From assembly GCA_010093815.1 (NCBI GenBank), contig ML996568.1: a stretch of DNA of 64,000 nt; one strand, written 5' to 3'. The notes beneath the pieces are model-generated. The model was not told the origin of the DNA. It worked only from the letters and a program-made list of their open reading frames with translations, and did not search any database. Positions 14,047 to 26,339 of this stretch are shown here, one piece after another. This DNA comes from Pseudovirgaria hyperparasitica. Its lineage: Eukaryota. Position 1 is the stretch's first letter; each line of letters opens with the position of its first letter. A program made the translations under genes and the position numbers.

Positions 14047-14371
14047 NNNNNNNNNNNNNNNNNNNNNNNNNNNNNNNNNNNNNNNNNNNNNNNNNNNNNN
14101 NNNNNNNNNNNNNNNNNNNNNNNNNNNNNNNNNNNNNNNNNNNNNNNNNNNNNNNNNNNNNNNNNNNNNNNNNNNNNNNNNNNNNNNNNNNNNNNNNNNN
14201 NNNNNNNNNNNNNNNNNNNNNNNNNNNNNNNNNNNNNNNNNNNNNNNNNNNNNNNNNNNNNNNNNNNNNNNNNNNNNNNNNNNNNNNNNNNNNNNNNNNN
14301 NNNNNNNNNNNNNNNNNNNNNNNNNNNNNNNNNNNNNNNNNNNNNNNNNNNNNNNNNNNNNNNNNNNNNNN
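14047..14371. other. Assembly gap (N run) with duplicated flanks
   Basis: Run of N. The ~87 bp before the gap are repeated directly after it. Confidence 1.
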
Positions 14372-14715
14372 TAGTAGTCTAGTAGTAAATATAACTTATT
14401 CTTCTAGGTTCTAAATTTAATAGGCCTAAAGATATATTCTAATCTATATTAGAAATCCTTAGAGTTCGCTTTACTTACCTTTAAAAGGTTCCGGGATTTT
14501 TCTTTTAAAGCCCTCTTTAGCTTTTCTAAGTTTAATATTTTCTCTCTAGAGCTCCGTAACTTACTCCCCTAGTTTAATAATAAGATATCTAACTTACTCT
14601 ATAGTTAGTACTTATAGGGCGGTTTATAAAGATAAGGATTATCTATTATTTACTATTTTATATTTAAATAGATAGTATAAATACTTATTTTAGAGTCTAA
14701 GTAGAGTAATTAAAC

Positions 14716-15244
14716 TATAATAAACCTTCCTAGATAAGGATATAGTCTATCCCTTAAGTAGTCTATTATATAGAGTATTCCGGCTTTCCTTAAGGTAAAG
14801 GTACTTAGAAGGCTTAGAGGAGTATAAGTAGGTTTATAGTAAGTATTAATAGAGTATAAATAGTAACTAGCTAGTAGGCGAGTAAAGTAGTAATTATATT
14901 AGTATAAGTTTAAATTAATTACTATAGAACTATCTCTAGAGGTCGGGTCTAAAGAGTCTATATAGTTCTACTAAGGTCCTCTAATTAGAATACTTATTCT
15001 AAGTATTTAGTATATTACTTAGAATACCGATATTCTATTCCTAATTACTATATAGGTTACTTAGAATATCTATTCTAAGTATCTATAATTAGTTCTTTCT
15101 ATAGATGTCTATCTCGGCCTTAGGTTACTATCTAAGGCTATCTATCGTATTATAGGTACCTCTTCTACATGCTATGCTACCTCTTATACTACTTATACTA
15201 GAGTCTACGTATCCTTCTATGGCTCTAGCTAGTAATTTATTATA
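14716..15244 (-). repeat. 5' LTR of Gypsy copy 1 (~529 bp)
   Basis: Bounded by the inverted termini TATAATAAA...TTTATTATA (RIP-mutated TG...CA) and homologous over its length to 19073-19601. Confidence 0.82.
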
Positions 15245-15774
15245 ATTTACTTCTATCTTTCTTTAGTATAAAGAGTATTAGATATTCTATAGGTAATTTA
15301 GATAGTTAGATATATTCTTTTACTTCTATTTTCTAAACTATTATTATGTTATTTCTAGTTATTTTTTAGTAAGTTAATATATACTTTTAAATATATATAA
15401 TATTCCTAGTTAGAGTATTATTATATAATTATATAGACTACGCTTTAGTAGTTCCGTCTTAAGTTCTTCTTTAAAGATAATATAATATTAGTAATATTTC
15501 TTTAGTATAAGTATATTATTTATTTTTTAAATCTATTTATCCGTAGGCGTACTTTATTATACTATATACTTCTTGAATAAGGGTCCGCTCTCTATATTAT
15601 CTTACTTATTATTAAGCTTCCGAATATAGTAGATAGACTTCCTAGTTATTAGTATCTTTATAGATTTATTAATCTCTAATTCTTCTTTAATAGTTTCTAA
15701 GGGTCTTAATATTTCCTAGGGTATAATTTCCTTAGTTTTCTAGTTAATTATAGGGTTAACTTCTTTAAGCTATA

Positions 15775-15784
15775 NNNNNNNNNN
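15775..15784. other. Assembly gap (N run) with duplicated flanks
   Basis: Run of N. The ~95 bp before the gap are repeated directly after it. Confidence 1.
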
Positions 15785-16929
15785 TTCTTCTTTAATAGTT
15801 TCTAAGGGTCTTAATATTTCCTAGGGTATAATTTCCTTAGTTTTCTAGTTAATTATAGGGTTAACTTCTTTAAGCTATAGTATTTCTAGAATTAAGTTAT
15901 ATTATTCTAGCTCTACTATATCTAATTATAGTTATTAGTATTCTACTATTAAGACTAAATCTAAAGGTTCTATTTCTAAGTATACTATTCTATTAGTATA
16001 TTCTATATTAAGTCCTTTAAATATAGATAGTTTATATAGTTCTTCTTTACTATTATAGGGTATTTTTAGTTTATCTACTATAGTTAGAGAGATAAAGTTA
16101 GACTATACTCCGCTATTAATTAGTACTTTAATAGAGTATTTTTAATAGAGCTAAATTTTAAGAGATATCTATATTTTATCATCTAAGCTACTAATAGATA
16201 TAAGAGATTTTCTTTTTAGCTTAGCCGTTTCTCTTAGTATATCCGGCCTTTCTAGTTTTTTTATAGCTTACTAAGTTCTTATTTTATTTCCTATATAAGT
16301 TAGATTATAGATTAAACTTATTTCTTAATTTTACCTAAGTCTACTTAAAGGTTATACTATATAATAGCCTTAGATATTAGATAGGTCTAGTATATAATAT
16401 CTAGATATTAGATATATTAGTTCTCTAGATAAGTCTTATTTTCTATCTATTTTAATATAAAGTAGTTTTTATTAGCTTCCTTAGTAATTATTTTATACTA
16501 CTATATATCTTTATCTTTAAAGGCTTTTAGAATCGCTTAATTCTAGTACTATTATAGAAACTATTTCTAGGTTTACTTTTTATAGAGGTATTAAAGATAG
16601 TTATTATAGAGATAGATAATCTAGAAGGTCTTATTATATCCCTCGTGGTAGAGTAAGATAAGCTAGTTATCTTCTAGTTAAATCTCTATATCTCTTAAAG
16701 ATAGATCTCTATTATTCTTACTTATATATTTTCTATAGTAATAGATAATATAGTAAGTACTAGGGTCTTAGTCTATTACTAACTTATTATATAGTTCTTC
16801 TATAGTAAGGGTTTCTTCCTTACTATCTTCCTCTATAGTACTTTCTTTAATTATTACTTCTTTAGATACTATTTCTTTAGTTAGTTTAGATCTTCTTATT
16901 ATATCTAAGTATTTCTATAGTTCTATTTT

Positions 16930-17868
16930 AGCTAGGTGGCGTAGTAGTAGTATACTACGTTACTAGAAGCGTTTGTTATCTAACGTCGTGGGTTTAAATC
17001 CTATAACGGCTACCTTTTTATACACTAGTTTTCGCACGCTCTATTAAAAAGTATATAGGGCTAAGCGAGCACGTGACGTGAAGGTTACCGTTATATAACT
17101 ACTTAGTCCTAAGCGATCATTAGGTAATATGAAAATAACTATACCGTTATTACATGATAAGAATTACCTAATATAGCCACCTACTAAGCTACCTTAAGTG
17201 GTAGAGCGACGCCTAGAGCGGCTAGACCTATAACTAGCTTAGCTCGAATCATAGAATTTTTACTATATACCGGGGCCTTATCTACCCTAATCCGGCTTAG
17301 CTCGCGCTTACTCCGGCTCGGTAACTATAAAATAGATAGTAATACCTAATTAAGTATCCCGCCCACCTATAGACGATTATATAGCCCCGAAGAATAATTT
17401 CCGAATTCGGCCTAGCTAGGGTTAGTACTAAGGCATGGACCTATTAGATATATACCCCCTCCGGTATTAGTTATCTTAATTAATAACTACTACCCAGCGT
17501 AAAGCTATATTCCTATAGATAGGAAAAAACACGGTAACATAGGAATAAAAGACTAGGCCTAGCCTAGCGACCTACCTAATCATAAGAAAGGTAATACCTA
17601 CTATAGTTAGTTAGGGCGTTATTAAGAGCCGGTACTAATATAGTAATAAAAGCCTAATATAAGGATAAGAAGTAAGTTTATCACCCAATGGGATTCGAGG
17701 ACTTAGACTAGGCTAGGTTAGATTAGTAATAGGGTCTAGTTAGGGAGCCAATCATAGGAGGTTTTCTTATATATATAGCAGCTAATACTAGAGGAGGCCT
17801 GAGCCTATGGAGCATATATATGGCTATATATATAGTTCTTCCTAGTTAAACACTAATATTATTATTAT
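16930..17868 (+). mobile_element. tRNA-derived SINE-like element with a LINE-related 3' tail
   Basis: Absent from the equivalent site in Gypsy copy 1 (~13100-13115). 14-bp TSD TATAGTTCTATTTT at 16916-16929 and 17869-17882. Head has RIP-mutated A box TGGCGTAGTAG and B box GGTTTAAATCC. The last ~110 bp resemble the LINE 3' end and finish in (TTA)n. Confidence 0.85.
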
Positions 17869-19072
17869 TATAGTTCTATTTTTTATAGAGTAATAGAGGT
17901 TATTTACTAGCTATTAAAATATTTCTTTTCTTTAGATACTAATCTATACTACCTTTTTTTAACTTATATATAAAGTAGAGGTTATTAGTATAACTAGTCT
18001 ATAATATAGCTATATAAGGTACTTCTTCTTTTTCTATAGTAAAGTTTCCTTATCTTAGTACCGGGTCCTTAATCTAATTTTTCTTATTTTTATTTTTCAA
18101 GTATTTATAGGTATAGTATCTCTTTTCCTTATAGTAGAGATACTTACCTTCCTTCTTTAGTTACTCCCTTTCTTTATTAGATAGATATTTTATCTATAAG
18201 GTACTAAGTTCTATTAGTATAGGTCTATTATAGAATTCCTTATATAGATAGTTTAGAGCCTTATTAATATAGCCCTTCCTAGTATCTTATTTAAGTATAG
18301 ATTAAAAGATCTTTTCTCTTCTTTTCTTATAGTATCTCTTATATAGTTAGTTATTAATCTAGACTATAAGCTTAATATACTCTTAGAGGTTAGTAGAATA
18401 GTCTCTCTCTCTAGAGATTTTATTCTTAATATTATTATATAGTCCGGTATAGAACTAGAGAATTAGAGGTTTATTATTCTATTCTAACTAACTAGAGATT
18501 TATTAGAATTTAGAGGTATAGTTAGATATAGATTTTATCTAGACTATTTACTAGATCTATCTCTTAGCTATTCTTTACTTATCTATATCTCTAAAGGTTA
18601 TCTTAATATATTCCTTAAATTCTTTAAAATATTTAAAGACCTTAGTAGTATTATTCTATTAATTCTATAGATTATTTTCTATAAAGTCCCTTAAGTAGAG
18701 TTTAAACTAAGTAAGTATATCTCCCTTTAGTAGTCTAGTAGTAAATATAACTTATTCTTCTAGGTCCTAAATTTAATAGACCTAAAGATACATTCTAATC
18801 TATATTAGAAATCCTTAGAGTTCACTTTACTTATCTTTAAAAGATTCTAGGATTTTTCTTTTAAAGCCTTCCTTAGCTTTTCTAAGTTTAATATTTTCCC
18901 TCTAGAGCTCTATAACTTACTTCTCTAATTCTATAATAAGATATCTAACTTATTCTATAGTTAGAGCTTATAGAGTGGTTTATAAAGATAAGGACTATCT
19001 ATTATTTACTATTTTTATATTTAAATAGATAGTATAAATACTTACTTTAGAGTCTAAGATAAGTAATTAAAC

Positions 19073-19601
19073 TATAATAAACCTTCTCTAGTAAGGACGT
19101 AGCTTATCCCTAAAGTAGTCCGTTATATAGAGTATTCTAGCTTTTCTAAAGATAAAGATACTTAGAAAACTTAGAAGAGTATAAGTAGGTTTATAGTAAG
19201 TATTAATAGAGTATAAATAGTAACTAGCTAGTAGACGAGTAAAGTAGTAATTATATTAGTATAAGTTTAAATTAATTACTATAGAACTATCTCTAGAGGT
19301 TAGGTTTAAAGGGTCTATATAGTTCTACTAAGGTTCTTTACTTAGAATACTTATTCTAAGTATCTAGTATATTACTTAGAATACTAATATTCTATTTCTA
19401 ATTACTTAGTATACTATTTAGAATATCTATTCTAAGCGTCTATAATTAGCTCTCTCTATAGTTACCTATCTTAGCTTTAGATTATTATCTAAGGCTACCT
19501 ATAGTATTATAGATACCCCTTCTATATATTATACTATCTCTTATACTACTTATACTAGAGTCTATATATCCTTCTATAGTCGTAACTAGTAATTTATTAT
19601 A
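19073..19601 (-). repeat. 5' LTR of Gypsy copy 2 (~529 bp)
   Basis: Homologous to 14716-15244, with the same inverted termini. Confidence 0.82.
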
Positions 19602-19849
19602 GTAAGTAAGGTAGTATTCTTACTATAAGTATTTACTATAAATAGTACTAGTAGTATATAGATAGAAGTAGTATAGTATCTCTTTATATATATATATAGA
19701 TATATATATTTATATACTAAAGCTATCTATATAGTTAACGAATATTACCTAAAATAAATAGATATATATTATATTACTAGCTATCTAAGCGACTTATTAT
19801 TACTAACTTACTAATAAGTAATTTATATAATAAGTTCAAGGAAAAATCT

Positions 19850-22800
19850 TCTAATCTCCTTAACTTTAGTAATCTCTCTACTATCTCTATCTTATCTAAA
19901 CTTATCTAAATCTACTATAACTCTCTATTAGAGCGTCTTATTAATATAATACCTATCTATAGCGTGTTTAAAGAAGCGTAGAGTCTACTAATTAGTATAA
20001 CTATAGATAGTTAAGAAAGTCTTTAAAGGTTTAAGATTACTAATATATCTAAGTATACTATCTATAAATCTACGCCTTTATTACTATCTATATAAGCTTA
20101 ATAGAGTTAAAGTTAGAAGAGTATAGTAGTATATATTATATAATATAGCTAGTACTAAGGATAAGTAGCTTAATTTATTAGTTTATATAAAGGGCGAGAT
20201 TATCTATAATAATTATTATTATATACCTAGGGTATTTTGCCTTAAGGGTAGATAGTAAGTATATCTCTTACTAAGTATAGAACTCTTCTACTAAGAAGTA
20301 ACCTTTCTTTATCTAATAGTAGATAAATCTATTAACTATAATAGTACTATAGGTACTATATATTAGTCCTTAATTAAGTATACTAAACTTAGTTAGAGTC
20401 TATCTCTTTAGTACTCTATCTCGATATCTCTATCTAATTTTCTTATTAAATATAACCTTATCTAAGAATATATAAGAGTCTACTAGTAGCTCTATAATAT
20501 TCTTAAGATATAAAGTATAATAATAATAATAATAATATTATATAACTAGATAGAGTAGTACTCTACAGGCCTATGCCTCCTCTAGTCTAAGCTACTATAT
20601 AAGAAGAAACCCTATAGGGAAAAACTTCCTTATATCTATAACTATATCTTATTAAACCTTTATTTCGTCTTAAGTATATAGCTATAGGGTACGCCTATTA
20701 GCCTATAGCCTATATTACCGTTATTTTACCCTTAGATAGCACGTATAGGTGCGGAGGTTATTAGTTAAGGGCTACCCTTAACTAATAATCGGGGTTCTCC
20801 TAGGGTTCTTCCGGTATATATCGGGTTACTACCGGTATATACCGGGTCTCTTCCGGCATATATTTCCGGGTCTACTAGTACTAGAGGAGTAGTAGATATA
20901 TAAGTATCTATCGGGAGACGTCCTTAGAGTACTTATTAAGCTATTATACGATATCTAAAGTCTTCGTGACGTAGATAAGCTATTACTATTATATATAGAG
21001 GTTAGGGTATATAGCTAGATAGTAGCGTATTATACCTCTCCGGCCGCACGCCTTATACTATAGAGACACGTCGGGAACGCCTCTCTTATAGAGATAGTAT
21101 AGGAGTCCTATAGCGCCCATTCGGGCTTAGATAAGTATAGATACTTAGGCTTTCGTTAGCCCTTTATATATCTATTTACTCGGTTCCTTCTATGGCCCTC
21201 GAATCTACTCTAGGTACCTATTCTACTAGGAGGTCTAGTAGGTACGGAGTGCCTCTTTCTACTTATCTTAAGTCTACAACCATATATTTTTCACGAGTTC
21301 TTAAAGGCTCTACTAGTCTAGAAGAGCGTCCGGGTTATCTCGGACTTCTTATACTACTTAGCTAGAGTCGGCTTCTATTAAGTACCTATACTATATTCGA
21401 TTCCGGCCTATATATAGGAGTGCGCGGTAATATATACTAATTCGTGCACGTAGCGCGGCGAAAGTATATTCTACGTTTTCTATGCGTTCCTATACTTATT
21501 ATTTAGTAAAGTATACTACCCTCTATATCTAGTAGAAGTTATATATACTTATGACGCCTATCTCGCGTCGTAGTAGTACCGTGTTAGTAGCTTTATATAC
21601 GCCTAATATAAGACGGAGTATACGGTTCTATATAGATTCGAGCTTTATTCGCCTAGTCTATATAAGGGCCGTATACTAGTACTCGTGTCCGTATATAAAG
21701 GCGGGTCGTACTATAGATATATATAGCTAGTATACCTTATCCCGGGCGGTTCCCTACGTAGAGGCTATAATCTATTATATAGCGGCTTCTACCTAGAGGG
21801 CCCTAGAGACGGCGTATACCACTTATGGTCCCTATTTAAGCTTACTATCTAGTATAACTCCGAGCGCGCGTATACTTTATACTAGTAGTTTATTAAATGC
21901 GTCGATTTAGGGGCGTCGTTCGCCTTCCCTAGTTACCCATTCCCCTTAATAATTAATAAAGTACATAAGCTAGTATTTCTCTAGAGCGAACTTTACTCTA
22001 TGGCGTTTTACCTACTAGAGGTACCTCTCATAGTTCTATTCTAGTCTTCTATATATTCGGTTAGTATTATTATTAATAGCTAGGAGGTATGTATTATCGG
22101 CGTATCCGACTATCTCTATATACTTTATTTCTTAAAGAAGGTCTACTATAAAGAAGAGGAATAGGATTAGAGAGATAGTGCTCCCTTATAGGATGCTATA
22201 TACCGTCTCTTTATATTCGCTCTAGTATCTAGGGATATATATCTAAGTTATTCTTTCTATAAGGAATAACTATATAAAGCGTGTAATCTATTCTAGTATT
22301 CGTCTTATCCGGAGGTTATAAATAAGTCTTATATAGTTTACCTTATTAAACGCTCCGGCCATATCGAGGGAGAGAAGCGATACCACCCGTCCCTACTTCC
22401 ATGCGGCCTAGATAACTTTAATAATATATTAGATAGCTATTATTAGGGAGCTATCTATCTTTACCTTCTAGTTCGGAGGGAGAAGATTATATTTCTATAC
22501 CGCGGTACTTATCTTCTTTACTATTATAGCCTCTAGTATCTTATCTAGATAGAAGAGAAGGGTAATTAGTCTCTATCCCTTTAGGGAGTTAGAGCTCTTT
22601 TCTAGTTTCGGGAGTATAATAGTATAGGCGACTTAGAAGTACTAGGGGTGGTACCCCTACGTGACGCATGCTTAGAATATACGAGTAATAAGCGGTAGAG
22701 TCGCCTTTATAGTTCTTTTTAGGCATCGATTTAGAATTCCATCTAGTCCGAGTACTTTATCATTTAGAAGTGTCTTAATAATATTAAGTATATCCTCCTC

Positions 22801-25800
22801 CGTAACTTCTTCGGGGATATCTACCGTATATAGGTATTTAGCGTCGTAAACGTCTAATAGGTCTACTAGTTCCGGGAGAGGGAATATGGCCTCCCGTAGG
22901 GCCTTAGTTTTCTTAAGGCTTATAGAGTATATTCTCCTCTAATATATTAGGGGAGGTATAAGTGGCGGGGGAGTCGGAGTATCTACGCCCTTAGCCCATT
23001 TCGCCATGCGCTATAGCCCTATTACGTATCGTGTCTATTAACTAGTAATTATACGCTACTATTTACGCCTTTCGTTACGGAGAACTTTATCGCGTTATTA
23101 TATTACTTCCTTCTATTCTTCTTACGACTCGGGTATTCTCGTACGGTATACACGTCTATATAGCCTTCGGGCGTCTTATCTACTTTCCTATACTTAAGGA
23201 ATCCCCTTTACTTCTAGGGGCCGGTATATTCGGTATAGTACGTATTTATTTCTCGTATTCTAGTATATTTATAGGAGTATCTATACGGCCTAGTCTATAG
23301 CTAGGTTATTAGATATATCGACTATAGAGAGATCTAGGATCGCCGATTCCAGGTCCTTTAGGTACTTTTCCTAGTTAGTATCCTTCTATATCTATTATCC
23401 CCGTTATTTATTCGGGGTATACACGTTTATTATAGTTTCTATATATTTATAGTCGGAATCTATCTATACCTAGCCTAGGCGGTAGTATTAGATCCGGTAA
23501 CTAATATACTCCGTAGCGAAGGTAAGGTTAAGCGTAGACCCGTCTTTATTCTATTTATGTTTTTTCTATATAACTTATCCTATAGGTGTAAGTAGATATA
23601 GAAAGTCGTGGTAGCGGGTACGTAGTTCCCTCGCTCTAAGTTCTTCCCTAACTATGGCTAGGCCTCCCTACTATTAGTAGTAGAGGTTAAAGTCTTCTAG
23701 GAGGATGTGTTACTCTAGTTCCGTGGTACCCTCGAGCATCTCGTCTAGTATAAGTATACGTTATTAGTTATATATATTATATATATATAGGGGGCCTATA
23801 TCTATTTATAGGTGTAGTATTATCCTAAGGTTATCGCGCTCGGTATATAACTATAATAAGAGTAGTATTAACCTATGAATATAGAAGAGGACTCATCTTT
23901 CTAGTCCTAGAGGGTGTATAGTATAGTATCCGGGGTGTATGGTTGGTTTACTCGTCTAGTAGTATTTATAGGGTTCCTAGATAGTAAGTATTATAGCCCC
24001 GGTCTCTTTAAGGAGCGTTACCTAGTTCTCTCTTTTATATTATATATTTATCTATATAATTCGGAGTATATTCTAGTCCCTCATTAGATACTAGGGAGTA
24101 TATATATCTATATACTTATTCCTTAGAGGCGCGACTATCCTCACGCGGTAGCGGCTTTAACTATACCTTTTAGTCGTCCTATTATCTTCGGGATAATCTA
24201 CTATTCTACCTAACTACCTTCCGGAGGGGAGGTTAGGGGTGTTATAAAGAAAGGGCCCGAGGTAGGTATTATATTCTATAACTATCTCGTGTCTCTCGCT
24301 TTTATCGTACGAATGTATTCTATAACCTATTTACGTTTTATATATATTAACGACTATAACGGGTGTTTCCCGTCGTAGTTTAAACACTATACTATGTCTC
24401 TATTTCTTAGCCTATCTCCTCGCGGTTTATAAGGGTACTTCTAGATAGCGTGGTCCCTACGGTACTATCCGCACTTAGTCTTCTATAAGTACCTTTATAT
24501 AGTATATCTATACCCTTAGTAGTTAAAGCACTATATTATTATCTATACTCTATTCTATGGCTCGGCTATAAGGAGCTCTCCTTCTACTAGGAATCTCTTC
24601 TATATAATATATTATATAAGGGCGGGGTCTTGGAGCTCTATAATTATAGTAGAGTGTTTTTTCGCCGTCGTCTTAATCGCCTATAGGTTCTTCTACCACG
24701 CTTTTATAATCTTAATCCCTAGGTATTTTCGCGTGTTAGATTATTCTATACGCGTAATATCCTCTACTCCGATAGCCTATCCCCGTATAGATACTAAGTA
24801 TATCTATATCGGGTATATGGCCGCCCTAATAGAGGCGCCTAGGAAGATACTACTAATCGCGTTTAGATCGCGCGAGATAGTCTACTACGCGATATTTATT
24901 ATCGTGGTAAGTACTACTCCTCCTAGCGTGAGTTTAGCGGTAATAATATTTAACTATATTCCCTTTTATTTATTAATCTTACTTACTATGTCCTTTAGGG
25001 ATGCTCGCTAGACCTATACTAGGGTATCCTTATCCTAGATTACGACGTGTATACTATACGCTACGTCGCCGGTCCGGGAGGCCCGTAGTATAGCTTCTAG
25101 TATTACTACTATTTATACCTATATACTAGGGCGCTTACCTTAAGTAAGTTCCTCCTAGATTCTACGTAGGCTAGCCTCTATTTAGTCGAGCCTACCCTCC
25201 GGTCCTCCTAGTTATATCTTCTTCTCCTCCTCTATAATTCCCTTTAGGTTCTAGATAAGGTTCTAGAATATATATAGGAGGGTCTTCTAGCCCTCTCCGG
25301 CTTCCTTCTCTATATATACTATCTAGTAGTTAATATAATCTAGGAGGGTTTCCCCTCTTAGGGTCCCCTTTATTCCGTCTATCTATAGCGGCGTGCGCCT
25401 TTAGGTGTATTCTATGTTTTAGATAGGTGTATAGCTACCCTCGGTAATATTACTATATAGCCTTTTCTATTATACTAGTAGGGGTATATCCGGTATATAC
25501 TAGGGTATATCGGTGCCTAAGGCCGCCATATTTATTAGTTAAGGGCTACCCTTAACTAATAAAAGGGGGTTAGTATATCGGTATTCTAGTAGTGTAGTCC
25601 GTGCCTCTATCTCTATAAGGATTTTAAGAGGGTATATATATATCTTTACACGGCGATAACGTCTTAGTTTCGACGCTGCACGTACGTGCGTGTGGTAGTA
25701 GTTAGTGTACTCGGTATACTCTATCGATTAAGGTATGTATCTCTTTCTAACCCGTATAGAGTTTGTTAGTTTTCAACTAACTCGAGTAAAATATAAGATA

Positions 25801-26300
25801 TAAAGTATATACTATCTCTAAGCGCGTACTACTAATATATTTTAATAGCTTATAATTCTAATCTTACTTAGATAACTCCTTTAATAGAAGCTATTTAGAT
25901 ATAGTAAGGTTAAACTCTTTATATATCTATCTAGCTATCTTATTAAGGAATAGCTAGCTCTTATAAAGTAGTCTCTTAAGTATTTATTATATTATATAAT
26001 TACTTAGTTATTACGGTAGGCCACGGCGCGCTAGTTATAGTTTATTCCTCTATCTATATATCTTAAGATTATATCTTATTCTATAGATAGTAGTCTTACT
26101 AACTTTAGTAATAGTAATAATCTTATTAATAGATATATTATATTATAAGAGAAAGTTAATTTAACTATATATAGAGGTAGAATAAATAGTACTATAGAGT
26201 ACTATATATATATATAAGTAAGTCTAAAATACTATATATTAACTATACTAACTTCTATATATAATATAATATAGTTATAGAGGCTATATAAGTATAGTAT
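19850..26300 (-). mobile_element. Tc1/mariner-IS630 (DDE_3) transposase relic interrupted by LINE copy C; boundaries approximate
   Basis: Minus strand reads FLDKVIFNKK (~20440-20469), IIDNLAL (~20190-20210) and YILLYSSNFNSIKL (~20094-20135), which are RIP versions of FLDE..FNEK, MDN...H and YLPPYSPDFNPIEL. The host sequence resumes after 25809. Confidence 0.75.
20520..25793 (-). mobile_element. Full-length Tad1-like LINE copy C, RIP-inactivated
   Basis: (AAT)n tail at ~20520-20540. Homologous to copies A and B. 16-bp TSD TAAGATATAAAGTATA at 20504-20519 and 25794-25809. Confidence 0.93.
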
Positions 26301-26339
26301 AGATATAATTATTAAAAATATTATAAAATATTATATATA

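Larger units (their letters stand above)
10584..15244 (-). mobile_element. Ty3/Gypsy LTR retrotransposon copy 1 (5' LTR, gag, protease, RT, part of RNase H), RIP-inactivated and truncated
   Basis: Minus-strand relics: gag CCHC knuckle (~13330-13380), protease VLI(D)S(G)(A) (~12285-12315), RT VYLD(D)ILI (~11213-11238) and RNase H motifs (~10600-10790). Domain order PR-RT-RH. Confidence 0.9.
15245..19601 (-). mobile_element. Ty3/Gypsy copy 2 (same family as copy 1), cut within RT by copy 1 and carrying a SINE-like insertion
   Basis: 15250 onward aligns with 11540 onward of copy 1, through gag to the LTR at 19073-19601. Confidence 0.9.

Noticed and set aside
13960..14458. Apparent direct repeat across the N gap
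   Set aside because: Identical sequence on both sides of the gap, and Gypsy copy 2 has it only once, so it is an unmerged contig overlap.
15680..15879. Apparent ~95-bp tandem duplication
   Set aside because: It flanks a 10-N gap and is single in Gypsy copy 1, so it is an assembly overlap artefact.
16930..17012. Functional tRNA gene
   Set aside because: Boxes are RIP-damaged, no clean anticodon arm is visible, and it is part of a TSD-bounded insertion. Treated as a SINE head.
169..25011. Short ORFs in the AT-rich block (169-402, 3713-4051, 7774-7989, 24733-25011)
   Set aside because: Chance or residual frames in RIP-mutated LINEs. 7774-7989 is a surviving piece of LINE ORF2, not a gene.
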